Assembly (NCBI GenBank): GCA_905178155.1
Contig: CAJINV010000004.1
Span: 1,364,881-1,428,880 of the forward strand
Direction: 5' to 3'
DNA length: 64,000 bases
Source: Amoebophrya sp. A120
Taxonomy: Eukaryota; Protista; Dinoflagellata
The notes beneath the pieces are model-generated. The model was not told where the DNA came from, searched no databases, and saw only the letters and a program-made list of their open reading frames with translations. The position numbers and the translations under genes are program-made. The number at the start of each line of letters is the position of its first letter. The first letter of the stretch is position 1. Of the stretch, positions 46,671 to 59,900 are shown piece after piece.

Positions 46671-49002
46671 GTTTTTTCTGTTCCTGCAGCACGACCACGC
46701 ATGGGGATTCTTTTTCCTGCTGCTACGGTGTTCGCCAGCACGACTGCACATCCCTCTTCGGTCCAAGCTGCGCCAGTACGCCAGGACGCCAAAACTACGC
46801 CTGCCGGCCAGGACGCCGAAACGCCTACGGCCGCCGGGGGCTCCTCGTTCGTGTCTGCGTCAGTCAGCGGTCCAGCTATCCATTTCGAACAGCTTCTCGT
46901 CCCCCGCGTGGGCGGTCCTCACAGCTTGCATTATGTGCCATCTACGGGAATGATTGGTCTTGCGGGTTCTTGGTTGTATTGATGGTGGATAGGTTGTATT
47001 GCACTGCCATCAAGAACGGTGCGGCTCATGGTCAATCATTCGAGATAAAAAAGAATTTCGCTTTGACCAAACTGCACGATGCAACAACGAATTCATTTCT
47101 TTCTCCTTCTCAGGCAGAGAGACGGAACGCAGAAACAGGGATGCATTGATTCCTGTAGTTGCATGAACTAGTTTTCATGACACTGCGAACTAGGATTCTA
47201 TATACTTACTGTGGACCACGATCATACCGCCGGGGCGGGAGCAGTTGTGTCACGGGATACGAACATCGTGGAGCGATCCGCCGGCAGTGACAAAGCCCCA
47301 GAAGTCTCGCCCATCGGAGATGTATGCGATTGATGAAGCCAGTACTCACAAGTTCTTCGCGCCAGAAGTAGTTCTACTGTGTTTCGAAAAAAAAGACAAG
47401 GGCCACTTTATTCGTGGCCTCTGCAGCGCCCGCGCTTGCCGTGTCAGTTGCTCTTTATATGCAGTGCAGTTCGCTATGCTACAGTGCAATTTTTCAAACT
47501 TCCCTTTGGGAGTTTAGTTTTCAATATATGCAGTGCAGAAGACGACTACGTTTGCATTTCGTTCTTGATCATTTCCTTCTGCAGTTGCTGCTGGATTCCC
47601 GCCATGATACATACCCACTGAGTGACATGATAAAGGCACAAGAATCTATTACATCTACTTCGCTCCTGGCCCCGTTCGAACGTGTGTTTTATTCATTTTC
47701 TGTGGCCATAACACTGGAAAATACATCCAGTTCACCAATTATCCCCGTTTCACCCCACAAGTGAACATCGTGGCCGCGGCGCAGCGGGTGAAAAAGATCG
47801 TCAACGTGAGCCCGAGCGTCGCGAGGTTGGACAGCGCAGAGCCGATCTTCGCGCCCAGGACGTTGGGCAGCTCAACAAACGTGGATGCTACTGCCGCTCT
47901 GGGCGGATCATCCGACGGGGGTACGACCGCCATTCAGACGTGGAAGGGCTTCAGGCCGACCGAGCCCGGGCCGACTTTAGCAGCGGGCTGGAACGTCGTG
48001 GTGGTCGACAACGTGGCGCAGAACGTAGACGCGGACATGCGATTAATTTTCGTGGATCACAGCGGTAGGAGAGTGACTTTGAGAAACGGTTTCTTTGATT
48101 CAATGGAGTCGGGTGGAAGGATTTCTATTTTCGCAAGGAGTGCATACACACCATTTCATTTTCACCTCGTAGAACATGAAACAGCAGGACAAATTTGAAT
48201 CTGTAGGGTCGTAAAAATGCGCTCAGGGGAACGAAAAGCGAAGTTTTTGTTTCTTGTTCTTGCGGGAAATACGTGTCATGTGTACTTCTAGGAAGTTGCG
48301 TTGGAATGGATATGACATCGTCCTCATCGTTCACACGACCACCCGACCTCTATAGGAAAAGAGAAAGAACCCTTCATTTCCGTTGGATATCCGAGAAGCA
48401 GATTCGGGAGTGGCAACAATTTCGCCGCTATGACGCAACTGGAGGTTCCACCGCGCTGTTTATCACCTACAAAAGATTATGCTGCGCCTGGCATGGCATT
48501 TATCTGTTTGGTGCTGCCAGACAAAGTGAGGCACTGAGTCCTCAAAAGGTATGATGTCCAAGACGAAGGTTCTTTATTGCAAGGCAGCTCAAAAGCAAAA
48601 TGCACGGCGTAGGTGGAACAATTGTTCCTGACAGATAAGTAATTACTCACTTACTTAACTTTACATGTGTTGCAGCAGCTTGACACAACTACAAGTATGT
48701 TATGCCAGTGAAAAATCGTAGTATGTTTCTCTCCCACACTCTTTCCGCCGGACGGATCGCAGTTGGCGTTGTGGGTGCGCAAGGACAGACTGCTCACCCG
48801 CGAGGACGGGGAGGTAATCCACGAAATGCAGCGGGTCCAGGCGCACCAGGAACGGGAACAGTGGTATCAGGGCCAGGCGAGCGGAGCCTTTTACGACGTG
48901 CACTTGAAGCACTCGGGTGAAGTGCTGTCTCCGGCGCCGCGGCGACAGTCGCAGAGGCTGGCGCAGGCGGGAGCCCTGTCGCTGCCGGCCGGGTCGGCGT
49001 AG
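46662..49002 (+). CDS. Hypothetical multi-exon protein
   Basis: GC-rich open exons at ~46662-46947, ~47761-48063 and ~48750-49002 separated by AT-richer introns. Confidence 0.5.
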
Positions 49003-50655
49003 ACGAGGAGGTTGGAGGGAGGGAAAGGAAGGGCAGTTTTGTTTCAGGCAGGATGGACCGGGGAAACGAAGTCTGAGCGCATAAGGAATTTTTCTTTGCA
49101 AAGTGAAGGGCAATGTTAAACATTTTGCGGCAATGAATAGTATGACAGCAACGTGAAGAACCTCGTGCACTGTCGGCTAGAATTTTCAAATTCACGAACA
49201 GACAGAGGTCAGCATCCAGGTTTTCTAGAGTACCATGCTGCGACTCTTCATCATTTTTTCGAAAGTCAATTTTTATCCATCAATGCAAGCAACCGTCATC
49301 TTTCTTTCGTACACACTCCTAATTTCTTTGAAAGCGGCACATGATCTCACCGAAGAGAAGAAGAACGCAAAGGAAATATTTTCAGCAATTTGAAACAACC
49401 TGCTACTAAACTTTTCAAATTATTTCAACGAGAGTGCAGGCAAACTGCATTCATTTTTTGAGTCCAGAAACGGATTTTCATTTTTTCGCGCAGTTTTCTG
49501 TTCATCTGTCAGCCGCTTTGCAAAAGGCTATGTCGCACCGGCGTTGCAAAAGGCGAATTTGGGCACGACCCGGTTTCTTTGTGAAGTGCGCCTTGGTGGG
49601 GGTGGTTTTTCCCGGCTTCGAGGGACGAGCCGCTGCTAGTAGTTCACATCCTTTCTATAAGTGGAGGTTGTGTCGTGAAGTTTAGTATGAGCGAGCGTGA
49701 AGATGACTTTTCTCGATGTTCTTGTGTGGTTATGGAGAAAGTTTTTTATAGTGGAAGCAGTCAGTCGGTGCAGCTGTTACAACAGCGAAAAACTAACTGC
49801 AACTTCATCCAGTAGATGTCCCAGAAGAGCCTATAAGCGTACAATACTGGTGACGAAACTGTGCTTATGAATCAATATAGTGTGAGGCAGAGTCAGTCGT
49901 AGTCGTTCTTGCACCTGCCGCGTAGAACTAGTCTCGGAAAAAGATATTCAGTGCGCAACCAAATCAAGTCGGCAGGCACTAAGACATCCGTGGCAGCGAT
50001 TTTCCGCCGGCGCATTTAAAAAATCGCAGCCGGTGTACTACTTCTCGACGTCAGAGCGTCAACGGTTTGTGCCATAATTTCAGCTAGCGCCAGTAGCCAA
50101 GTGAACGTGAAGGAACAGGAAGTGAAGCGATCGGACGGTAATTTTCCGAGTCCGGGTCGGTTCCAGCAGACTCGTTCACTTCCCAGTGGTTCTTGGGCCA
50201 CGTCTTTCGCGGTTCTACTTTTGTGGTCTATACTAGCTGGCGACCGCAAAAGTGCGGGCACTGCAAGTCCTCCGAAAGATCGTCGCGGCGACGGAAACTC
50301 AGCTCCAGCTGACAAACAGGAAGAGCGACAGGACCACAAAGCTACCTGAGCAAAGAAACCGAGCTGTCCATCGCTCCGCAAGAGCAAGCGAAGACGGTCG
50401 AGAAGCGGAAAGTAATTACACCCAAGGCCGCGGACGACGAAAGACCACACAACGCGGCTGAGCACCGGCGCTTCGTGTAGAAGTGGCTGAAGAACTTTAG
50501 ATAAGTGCAGTACTACAGACAAAAAGACACCTCTTCAGTCGCGGTCGAGCACGGGACGAGGACGGCTTTTTTACTGAAAAATTCCGGCGAAGAGAAAAGT
50601 TCGCCCGTTGCAAAGATAAACACCTCCTTCAACGGCCCGGACCGACTGCAAGATC

Positions 50656-53600
50656 ATGCCGACGGAGATCGAACTGCAACCGCTGACACCGGCGGTAGAG
50701 GAGAAGGCCAGCGGCAGCACGAAGCCTTTCCTCGAGGCCTGGAGCAACGTGAGAAGAGAGCACCCGATACTGAGCAGCTTGCTCATCTTCGTACCACTGG
50801 GATTTTACGCGCACCACGCACAGCTCGCCGACTATGAATGGGGAGAGTGGCTAGTTGTTTCTAGTCCTCCACCCGGAGGTCACTGTGTTGGTCTTGTGTT
50901 AGTGTAAGTAGTACGGTTTTGCTCTGATATTTCTTATGAATGGCACATCAAATGGTAGTGGTAATTTGGATCCCATATAATTCATGTTGCATGTGGTGAC
51001 TTTCTTACCCGCCACCAGCGAGAAGTGCTTACAATTTTCTTGCGCGCTGCAGAGAGAGACTGACGGAGATGAAGCACCGGCACCGTGACAAGAAAAGCCC
51101 TTTTCTCTCTATGACTTGCTCAAACGTTACAATCTCAAACGTTACAATAGAATCTGGAATTTGTGTTGCATGATGAGCATGACAGACTCGCACAACGTTC
51201 CACCTTATGCAATACAAACTTGGCCAGATTGTAGTGGGGTTTGGGGCTCCGGAACTTGTCATGCGCAATTTCATGAGAGTTGGCTAGATCATGCAGTCTT
51301 GCATCACAGATTTCCATATTCTATTGTAACGTTTGAGATTGTAACACCTGAGCGGGTTATACTCTCAATACCGCCGCATGGATCTTCACGCTCACCTTCT
51401 TGGGGATATTGCCGCTAGCATGGTATAGAGCACTTTTTTTTCACCTTCTGCTCTTTCTCCTCCTTATGCACGACAGTATATGCAGCTTATGGCTATGTGT
51501 ATGCTTATTCCACACAACATACACGACCGCTGTTACAACTGAGAGAAGACGTTCGAGAAGTTTTTCTAAAATTTAGTGACAGCTCGTGACGAAAAATCTT
51601 CTCCACAACTTGTGTCAACGGAAAAAATTTTTTCTCAGGTTGATAGGGAAGACAACGGAGGACCTGTATCAAATGTAAAAATGTCTGGGTCTGGAAGAAT
51701 GCAACTTGTCATGCTGAATCTGAAGCATGCAAAAATCTGTGTTGCGTGATTACCAAAAGATGTCCACTTTTGACCAGTTCGACAGGGAGTTTCTCATGCA
51801 GGATAGGCATGATAGAGATAGACACCTCACAGCGTTTGTCATGCTAGGTGTTGCATTCCAGGCCTCATGGGTCATGGAAGAACAGCATCACAAATCTTGC
51901 ATTCTTCCAGACCCAGACATTTTTGCATTTGATAACCTGGCGTCGCACACAAATCAAGTGTATCCTGGAGAAAAATAGTACTCGTGGCAGCGATAAGACT
52001 CTACGTGTTGTGATGTGCAGCGTGTGAATGCTTTCAGAATTGATTCTGCATGAGAATGAATGTACTGATCTCGTCTTGTTCAGAGGATGTACTGAGGAAG
52101 ACTCTCCATCAAACGACTAACTGTCATGATTTTATTCTAGACGAGCGAATGATTTCTCCAGGATACAGAACTGGGCGGGTTGGTCAACGCAACCTTTGGA
52201 AACGTCGTGGAAATGCTTTTGTGTATAGATCCTTCTTTGGTTTTCTGTTTTTAGAAGTTTTATTGCAGGGGAGCTCGGCGTGTGCGTACTCTGTCATGCA
52301 ATCACTATAACGCATGGGCATGAAGGCTAAAAATGTTTGCCTTTGCTCGCACGACGTCATCACTAGCACTACAGGCTGCAGCGGCATAATACACGGCGAA
52401 ATAACGGTGGTGCAGTGCACCTTGCTGGGGTCGATTTTGTCCAACCTGCTGCTGGTGATGGGCACGAGTTTCGTCTACGGCGGCTACTACCACAAGCGAC
52501 AGTTTTTCAATCAAGAGGGCGCAAAAGTCCAATCGTCGCTCCTGCTGCTGGCTTTGCTCACCCTGGCGCTGCCAATGATGTACTCGACACTGTCCAGCGA
52601 GGACACCACGTCTTATGCAAATGGAGATATTTGAAAGAGTGAAGAGCACTCGGCTAAGTAGTCGAAGCAGGCATGATGAGGAACCTCTTGCACGGTGGCA
52701 TGCGTCGAGAAGAGCAGAAAATTTGCTTGAGCTGCATGTTCATCGCTGGCAACACCAAACCTTGATTGTGTGGTGCGCTTGAGTACAAGAAGCTCACCTA
52801 CTAGCGGGACATGGACTACACTCTTTTACTTTTTGCAGTTTCATACCTTCGAAAAGGAAGTTTTGTCGATGTCGAGGCAGGGCAGCATTCTTATGCTCGG
52901 CGTTTACGTGCAGTATTCTATGTGTTTATGCTTTTATTTTGGAATACATAGCCGGCGGGAGCAGCATGATGGAGGTTTTTTGCGCTTTTTCCATTTGCAG
53001 CACCATCCTGACAGAAAGGCAAAACCGTATATTTTACAGGTACTTATACTTCCAGATAATATCACACCAAGAGCTCTTCGAAGGAGGCGATGATGATTAT
53101 GGAATGACGATGATCATCACATGTTTTTGTGACGGCTCTGGATTTGTCATGGTGCTAATGCAGGGGTTTGTGTCCTAACCCTAAGGTACTAAAAGTAAGT
53201 GTGAAAAAAAGCAACATACAGCATGCGCGAACTTATTTTTCTGATGCACAGGAGCGCCATGATTTAGAATTTTGCAAATTTTGTACTTCAATTGGAGATG
53301 CGAGCACGAAGAGGAACTTGCACAGTCCAGAAGCGGTGCTGAATCAAAACAATGTGCTCTTCGCCAACCACTTGATAAAACCGAAGAAGACGAGGCTGAC
53401 TTTGGATTTTGGGGCGCCATATCGCTCCTCGGGGTAGCGACCGTAGTGACCGCGATGCTGTCCGACTACTTGATACAGAGCATAGAACCGGCCGTGCTGT
53501 CCTTCGGGACGAGTAAGGAATTCATAGGTACAGTTTTCATTTTTATTTTTTCAGCACGTACTAAAGGGTGGCGCAACCATGCTATTTTTTTTCTTTTGTA

Positions 53601-54966
53601 CGGCCATGATGTATGTTGACCTCAATAAACATAAACAGGTATCATAATACTTCCTATAATCGGAAACGCAGCGGAGCATTATGCTGGAAAAAACAAAGGG
53701 GAGTTACGTTTTTCTTGATAGCTAAGTTTCTTCGCGATGCATTATGAAGGGTGTAGTAGTATTTCGTACTTTTCTTGCTTACAATACTCTTGCTCGTCGT
53801 TGACCTGTCGTCACTTGAGGTCGGTGAACCAGCAAGACTAGAAATGAAACACCGAGAAGTAGATCATGCGTTGTCATAATTCCCTCTTTGCCCCCCCTCT
53901 CCATACCGGCTACACCGCAATCGTAATGGCCGGGAAGAACAAAATGGATCTGATATCAAAGTGAAAAATGCCCCCACCCCCAAACTTCGGAGCATTTGTA
54001 TTGCAAACCTTTCTAAATGAAACATTCGCTCTCTTGCATCTATCAGCATCACAGATTTCCAATCGTGAATAGCAAAAAGTTGTATTGCAAAAGACCCCAG
54101 CTGCAAGAGCGGCGCTTGTCATGCAAGTGACGCAATACACGCCTAGACTCTACTGCATCAGAAAGATTCATACTTCTTTCATGCATGACAAAAAGTTTTC
54201 ATCTGGAAACTTCGCATCACAAATTTTTGCGACTTTGGGGGCGGGAGCATTTTTCACTGTAATATCTGAGTCTCGGCGTTGCGGTCGGGTCCGGGTGCCA
54301 AATGATGCTGCTCGTGACGCCCCTGAGCGTGCTTGCCGGGTGGTTTGCAGACCAGCCCATGTCGCTCAATTTCCATCCTTTTTTATCAACGTGATCTTTA
54401 TTCTAGGGAGTGGTCTTTTGATGCTGCTCTGCGTGAGGACAAGCATGTCCTGCTGGTTGAATTTTTTTTATGCGGCGTAATTTTTTTGCGCGGTGTGCAT
54501 GTTGGTAGGAGACACGCACCGGGCTGTGTAGTCGACGAACTTGCAGGAGAATGGCATAGCACTAGAAGACCACGAGAAGTTTTGCTTTCCATATTTTCAA
54601 GTTGCCGTGCTGCTGCTCTCGGTTCTGATCGTAAACACCATATTAGCGAACGGGGAGACAAATTGGTACAGGGTACTACATACGTTGATATGATATATAA
54701 TTGCATGACGAGGGCGTTGCAGCTGAAAGAAAGCAGTGCTTATATTTCTGATCCCGTCACTGTCACTCGGAAAGAAATTTGGAACAGTTTTTTTCCAACA
54801 CCAAGCCCCCGTCATCTTACTTCACAACAGGCTCGAGGGGGTTATGTTGCTGAACGCGTATCTTTTTATTAGCATGATGTATTTTTGCGAGACGCCGGAA
54901 TCCGCAGATAAGGTCTACGAGGACGTGCGGCATCATAGCGCACCGGGGGCAGTCACCTCCGGGTAG
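50656..54966 (+). CDS. CAX: Ca2+/H+ exchanger (CaCA superfamily, CAX/VCX1 type), multi-exon
   Basis: LVNATFGNVVE, LLGSILSNLLLVMG, LYFQ..SH.ELF, IILPIIGNAAEH, KNKMDLSLGVAVGS motifs. Confidence 0.95.
51110..51361. mobile_element. TIR introner (family D)
   Basis: Reverse-complement relative of 13217-13474, TSD CTCTC. Confidence 0.9.
51667..51934. mobile_element. TIR introner (family B)
   Basis: TSD ACCTG; removal gives TEDL|ASHT. Confidence 0.93.
51961..52165. mobile_element. Degenerate TIR introner
   Basis: 13-bp TIR TATCCTGGAGAAA/TTTCTCCAGGATA; TSD decayed, but removal plus 5 nt joins NQV to LGGLVNATFGN. Confidence 0.65.
53954..54264. mobile_element. TIR introner (family C variant)
   Basis: TSD TCTGA; removal gives KMDL|SLGVAVGS. 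Confidence 0.92.
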
Positions 54967-56968
54967 GAGCAAAACAAGGTGGGGAGGAAAAAAGGCGAAA
55001 TAAAACCTAATGAAAATAAACCACTTTGAGGACGTAGAAAGTACAAGTGGTAGTTCCCTCACGTGATGATATTAGCCATCACGGATCGAAAAGACAAGCC
55101 ATTGCAACATCAATCCGTAGAGCAGATTTGCTCGAAGCAAGGCTACAAGGCAGATTTTCACTTTTTCAATTACCATTTCACAGCAAACGACAAAGAGAAG
55201 ACTCTTAATTTCAATCCGTATTATATCATAGGTATTAGCAAACGCTGCAATAGCTTGTGGTGCCCTAGCGTACTGTGCGCCACAATAAGCAGCGGTATTC
55301 AATAATTATCCGTATTAGTAACATCAACCAAGAGTTAGAGTTTGCGAAATGCAAAAAAGTCACTTTTTCGGTGGCTAGTAAATCTAACGAAATTTTGTAT
55401 GCTACTTCTAAGTGGCAGTTCCATTTTCCAATCAAAAAATGCAACCTCCGTGGGCAAGAGCACGCAATTGCGGGGAGGTATTCATCTTGAGAGACGGCGG
55501 CCTCTGGAAAATACTACACTTATAGGATGTTATTCGATTATAACGCAAATGCACGCGAGGAAATGCTCCCGTCTGGTTTCGCTAAAAGTAGTTATTTTCT
55601 ACTGCTTTTCGTCTACTACAAATGTACCCTATTCTTCGATTGTTAGCTGCAGCTGATAATCGTCTTCTATGATAAGAGAATACAGAATTTGAACTAGTTG
55701 TGCAAATTTGAGAAATCGAAACGCCGCCCTATGTACCTGTAAATAACTTTCGGTGATGCTATGGTTCTAGATGATTCAGTATTTTCAACATCGAGAGGAA
55801 AATATTATGCAAAAACTCTTGTGCTGCGGCTCTTCGTACGATTTTATACATCATTCTGGTATTATAGCGACGTGCTAGGAGCTACTATCTGAAATTAAGA
55901 GAAGGGATCATCAGAAATGAACTTTTGCGCACATCACTTCGTCCAAATTGTAAATCTTTTTCGCTACTATGAGAGGCGAAGATATTAGCGAGGAAAGAAT
56001 GCGCGCTGCTTGTAGCAAGAGCGTCTTGCCTTTTTGTACAAGAAGAATCAAGCAGATCGTTTCGCGTCGAGTTTTCGTCGTCAAGGAAACTGGGTGTCGG
56101 TTTCGTCAGTGAGCCGGGAAGAAGATGCATCTTTGCTTCAGTTTCGTTGTTCAAATGAATACAGTTGTGAGACAGCATCTAAATCTATCACTACTGGAAG
56201 AACTGGCATCGAATTAAAGAACCCAAGAACTCCTACATGATAGATCGCAGCAGCTATTTTGCAGGGAGAGCGAGAGAGATGCATCCATTTTCCGCAGATC
56301 TACGCAATATTCCTAGTGATGTATGCAGCTTTGACGTCTTCGGTAGTATCTGGCTGTGTCGAAACTCCATGTTATTTTGAGCGGTGCAAAGATCGCTAGA
56401 AACCTCGACCACCTGCTCGATTACACTCAAAATTCTTGGCCACACATTTTTTCTCTTCTCTTTACAATGATTGTCATCCCCAGCCTTAGTTGTTTTACCA
56501 CAGCTCGTCGTGAATTGATTCTCGGCTTTAGGTCCTTCTGTAGTTTGCAGTCGTAGATGTTGCGGTCCTGCTGCTTAAAAATTTTTAGCAAATGTAGCCG
56601 ACAAGGACAAGAAGCAGAAGCTAGTAGGGTCACCTTGTCTACTACTGTGCGTGAACAACCTTCGACCTGGAAATTGTTTTCCTCAAATCCTTAGTTTTTT
56701 TTTGGCCGGGCTAGGGTACTAGTTTTGGACCGGCTGGGTACAACTTGATATCCAAAGAAGGAACTTCTCTGGGAAAACATTCCTTTATTTTGTCATTCTG
56801 TCATGGGACCCTCAACCTTTTGATACTGTTGGACAACGGACAGCCAAAAAATTTGTGGGTTGTTCTGCAACGAGAAATATTAAATCGGACCATAACTGAA
56901 TTTATCGATTTTCCCGCCTCCCACTCAATTATCATCCCCCGCTTGTCCTAAAAACAAAAAAGAAAAAC

Positions 56969-59900
56969 ATGGAAGTCGCAAAGAAGCAACACCCCTCCGC
57001 GCCCTCCACACTAGTCTGCCGGTCCGCGGAATTGGAGTGCCACCGGTGCGGGGAGCACGTGGACCCGAAAATTGCGGTGACGTGCGAGAGATGCGGCGAC
57101 GTGTACCACCCCACGTGCTGCTTCCCGAGCCTCGTCAACTTCTCCGAGACGGACCTGAAGACGAAGTTGCCCCACTGGACCTGCGAGATCTGTCCCAACA
57201 CGCGGCGCAAATGCGACCTGTTTTGCCTGCACTGCACGAAGAAGATCCCCCAGGGCGCCCCGCTAAAGGAGCGGCAGTGCGCGGAGTGCAAGGGGAACTT
57301 CCACCCGGCCTGTCTGGACCCATACAAGCACTGCAAGAAGTGCCAGTTCAAGATATTACAATGAAAACTGCCCCCAACGACCCAGAACTTGGAAGAATTT
57401 GTATTGCGAACCTTTCATTCCATGGAAGCATAAGCATTTCCCCCCTTCTTGCAGCTACCAGTATCAAAAATTTTCGATGCTGGATAGCTAAAATTTGTGT
57501 TGCTAAAGAGCTCGACGACAGCCGAACGTGTTATGCAGAGGGTTCCTTCCGCCTCCGCGAGCCGAGCGCGCCTATAGTCCTGTCACGCATAGACAAAGAG
57601 TTTCGCATTTGAAAACCTTATGCATCCGAAACTATTTCATTTTCAACTTCCGGAGAGGGGGCACTGTTCATCGTAATACAAGAAGACCAAGGTGCTGCGG
57701 CTTTGGTGCGTGGAGTTTGCCAAGCGCAATGGCAGCAACCGCTACCAGATGTACGTGCACGGCATTCTGAGCAAGACCGGCGGCCGGATCATCACGCGCG
57801 GGATCGTCAGTTGCCAGTTCAAGAAGAACCAGCCCAAGACCCCGAAAGACGCGTGGCACGTGCGCGACAGTAAGAATTTATTTTTCCCGTGAGAATGGTG
57901 CGATAATCCATTATGTCGAAGTCATAATTTTGATTCATTAGCCATGGCGTCATCGTGTTAGGGATCATACATTCAACAGCGTTTCGTTTTGCAGGGCACT
58001 GACGACTACATGCGATTTTGGTCAAACGATGCGCTTCATGCAATATCAAATTCTTATTCTTCCTTACCCTAATTTGCATGTATGAGAATCTTCGCAACTT
58101 CTACGCCTGTCTGCAGGTGAAAACCAGTGGTACATCCTGGACATGTGTTTTCCGGAGCTGGTGACGCACCACCGACTGCACCCGCGGCTGGCGGACAGGC
58201 TGAAGCAGGGTGGCAAGATGGAGGTATCCAAGAAAAAACTGTTACAGTTTTTACACATATTTGTTGTAAACAACTTCCGCATCACAAACTTGCTTGGCAT
58301 GACCGACAAAACTTGATGTAATGGAGAGATGATAAGGGAAAACACGTATCATGAAACTTCGCTCCTGTGCATAAGTATTTATCCCGCATGACAGAGCAAG
58401 TCTCTGTTGCTTGATCTGCAGCGCAGTGTTTATACTGTAACACTATTTTCTTGCGATAGGAGGAGTACTTCAAGCAGTGGTGGCGGGTGAACCCGAACGA
58501 CCCGGACTACTCCGTTGTCCCCCCCGTGAAGCCGCGGCCCTGGGTGGATCGGCGGCGGCAGTCGGTGTCCCTGTTCAAGGGTCAGGCGTCGTTTGAGGAC
58601 GTTTCGTTCGCGCAGCAGGTCTGGACCTCGTTCGCCTCCCACAAACTCTTTCCCTACGAATGCACGGGTAGTGACCACCTGATCACCGGCGCTGCTGGTT
58701 CATTTGCACCAGGGATTTTCTGCCCGGACAAAAGCTTTTTCGCCGAGAAAAACGTGCAGCCCGGAGCACAAAGCACGGCTGCTTCATCTGCGCCGGTGCA
58801 GAAGCAAAACCAAGCATCTTCTTCTTCGCAGGCACCAGTTCTCCGCCAGTACTGTTTGTTCAGTGCGGGAATCGAGTTGGGGTCGCGCTTCAAGGTGCAG
58901 TGGAACAATCAGGAGAAGGTGTTGCTGGAAATCACGAGTCTCAACCGGGAACGGAAACTTGGGAAGAGTGTCCGGTTTTGGTACAGGACCAATAGAAGTC
59001 CTGCACCATCAGCATCCTCCTCCTCCTCGACCCAAATGACCAGCATTCTCTCGGCCGCCCTGGCGGACGACAGTGAGACGGAAAGAAGTACTAGATGCGC
59101 TGACTGTACTAGTTCCAGCTGCTCTAGCTCTGAAGCAGGAGAAGGAGCTGCTTGCGGATCGTCGTCGATCTCACCTCTAATTTCCGGGAAACTGTGGAAC
59201 AGTGTGGACGAATTCATTGTGAAAGGAGCGGGAGCTGCTGCACAAACTGCGAGCTCGGAGGAAGCCACCAGTGCGCGCTTCGTTTTGAACTCGGCACTAT
59301 GGGTGAAGGTATTGCAGATCAAAACGGAGCAGATGACTTCTTCATCCACCTCGTCCGGAAAAATCCAAATCAACAGCAGTAGTAGCTCGAATAAACTTTA
59401 CCCTGCTCCGTCCCGCGACGTTCTTTTCCCCCTCAACCTGGACACGTGGACGATGCTGAGCAACCAGCGGAGGATAAAGATGCTGGACCAGACCAAGCGG
59501 ACGTTCGTGTGGACGAAGGAGCTGGACGAGTTGTTGTTGAAGCTGACCCTTCCGGAATTGGTGGTGAAGCCGAGTTTCTCCTGGAAGCAGGTTTGCAACG
59601 AGGTGCTGCAGCGGGAGAGCGAGGCGATGGAGGAAAAAGCCGGGGTATCAAATGCAAAAGTGTCTGGGTCTGGAAGAATGCCAGATTTGTCATGCAGGTT
59701 TTCCATGGCCCACGCACGCGGTCTGCAATGCAGCACCTAGCATGACAAATTCTGTGAGATCTCTATCATGCCTATCCTGCACGAGAAATTCCCTCTCAAC
59801 TTGGTAAAAAAGGACGGCTGTTGGTAATCATGCAACACAGATTTTTTGCATGATTCAGATTTAGCATGACAAGTTGCAACCTTCCAGACCCAGACCACAC

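Noticed and set aside
51050-51425. Frame restoration at the family D element in CAX
   Set aside because: Collapse gives a TGA upstream in the AWIF frame; the upstream exon boundary is unresolved, so it was not counted as a verified join
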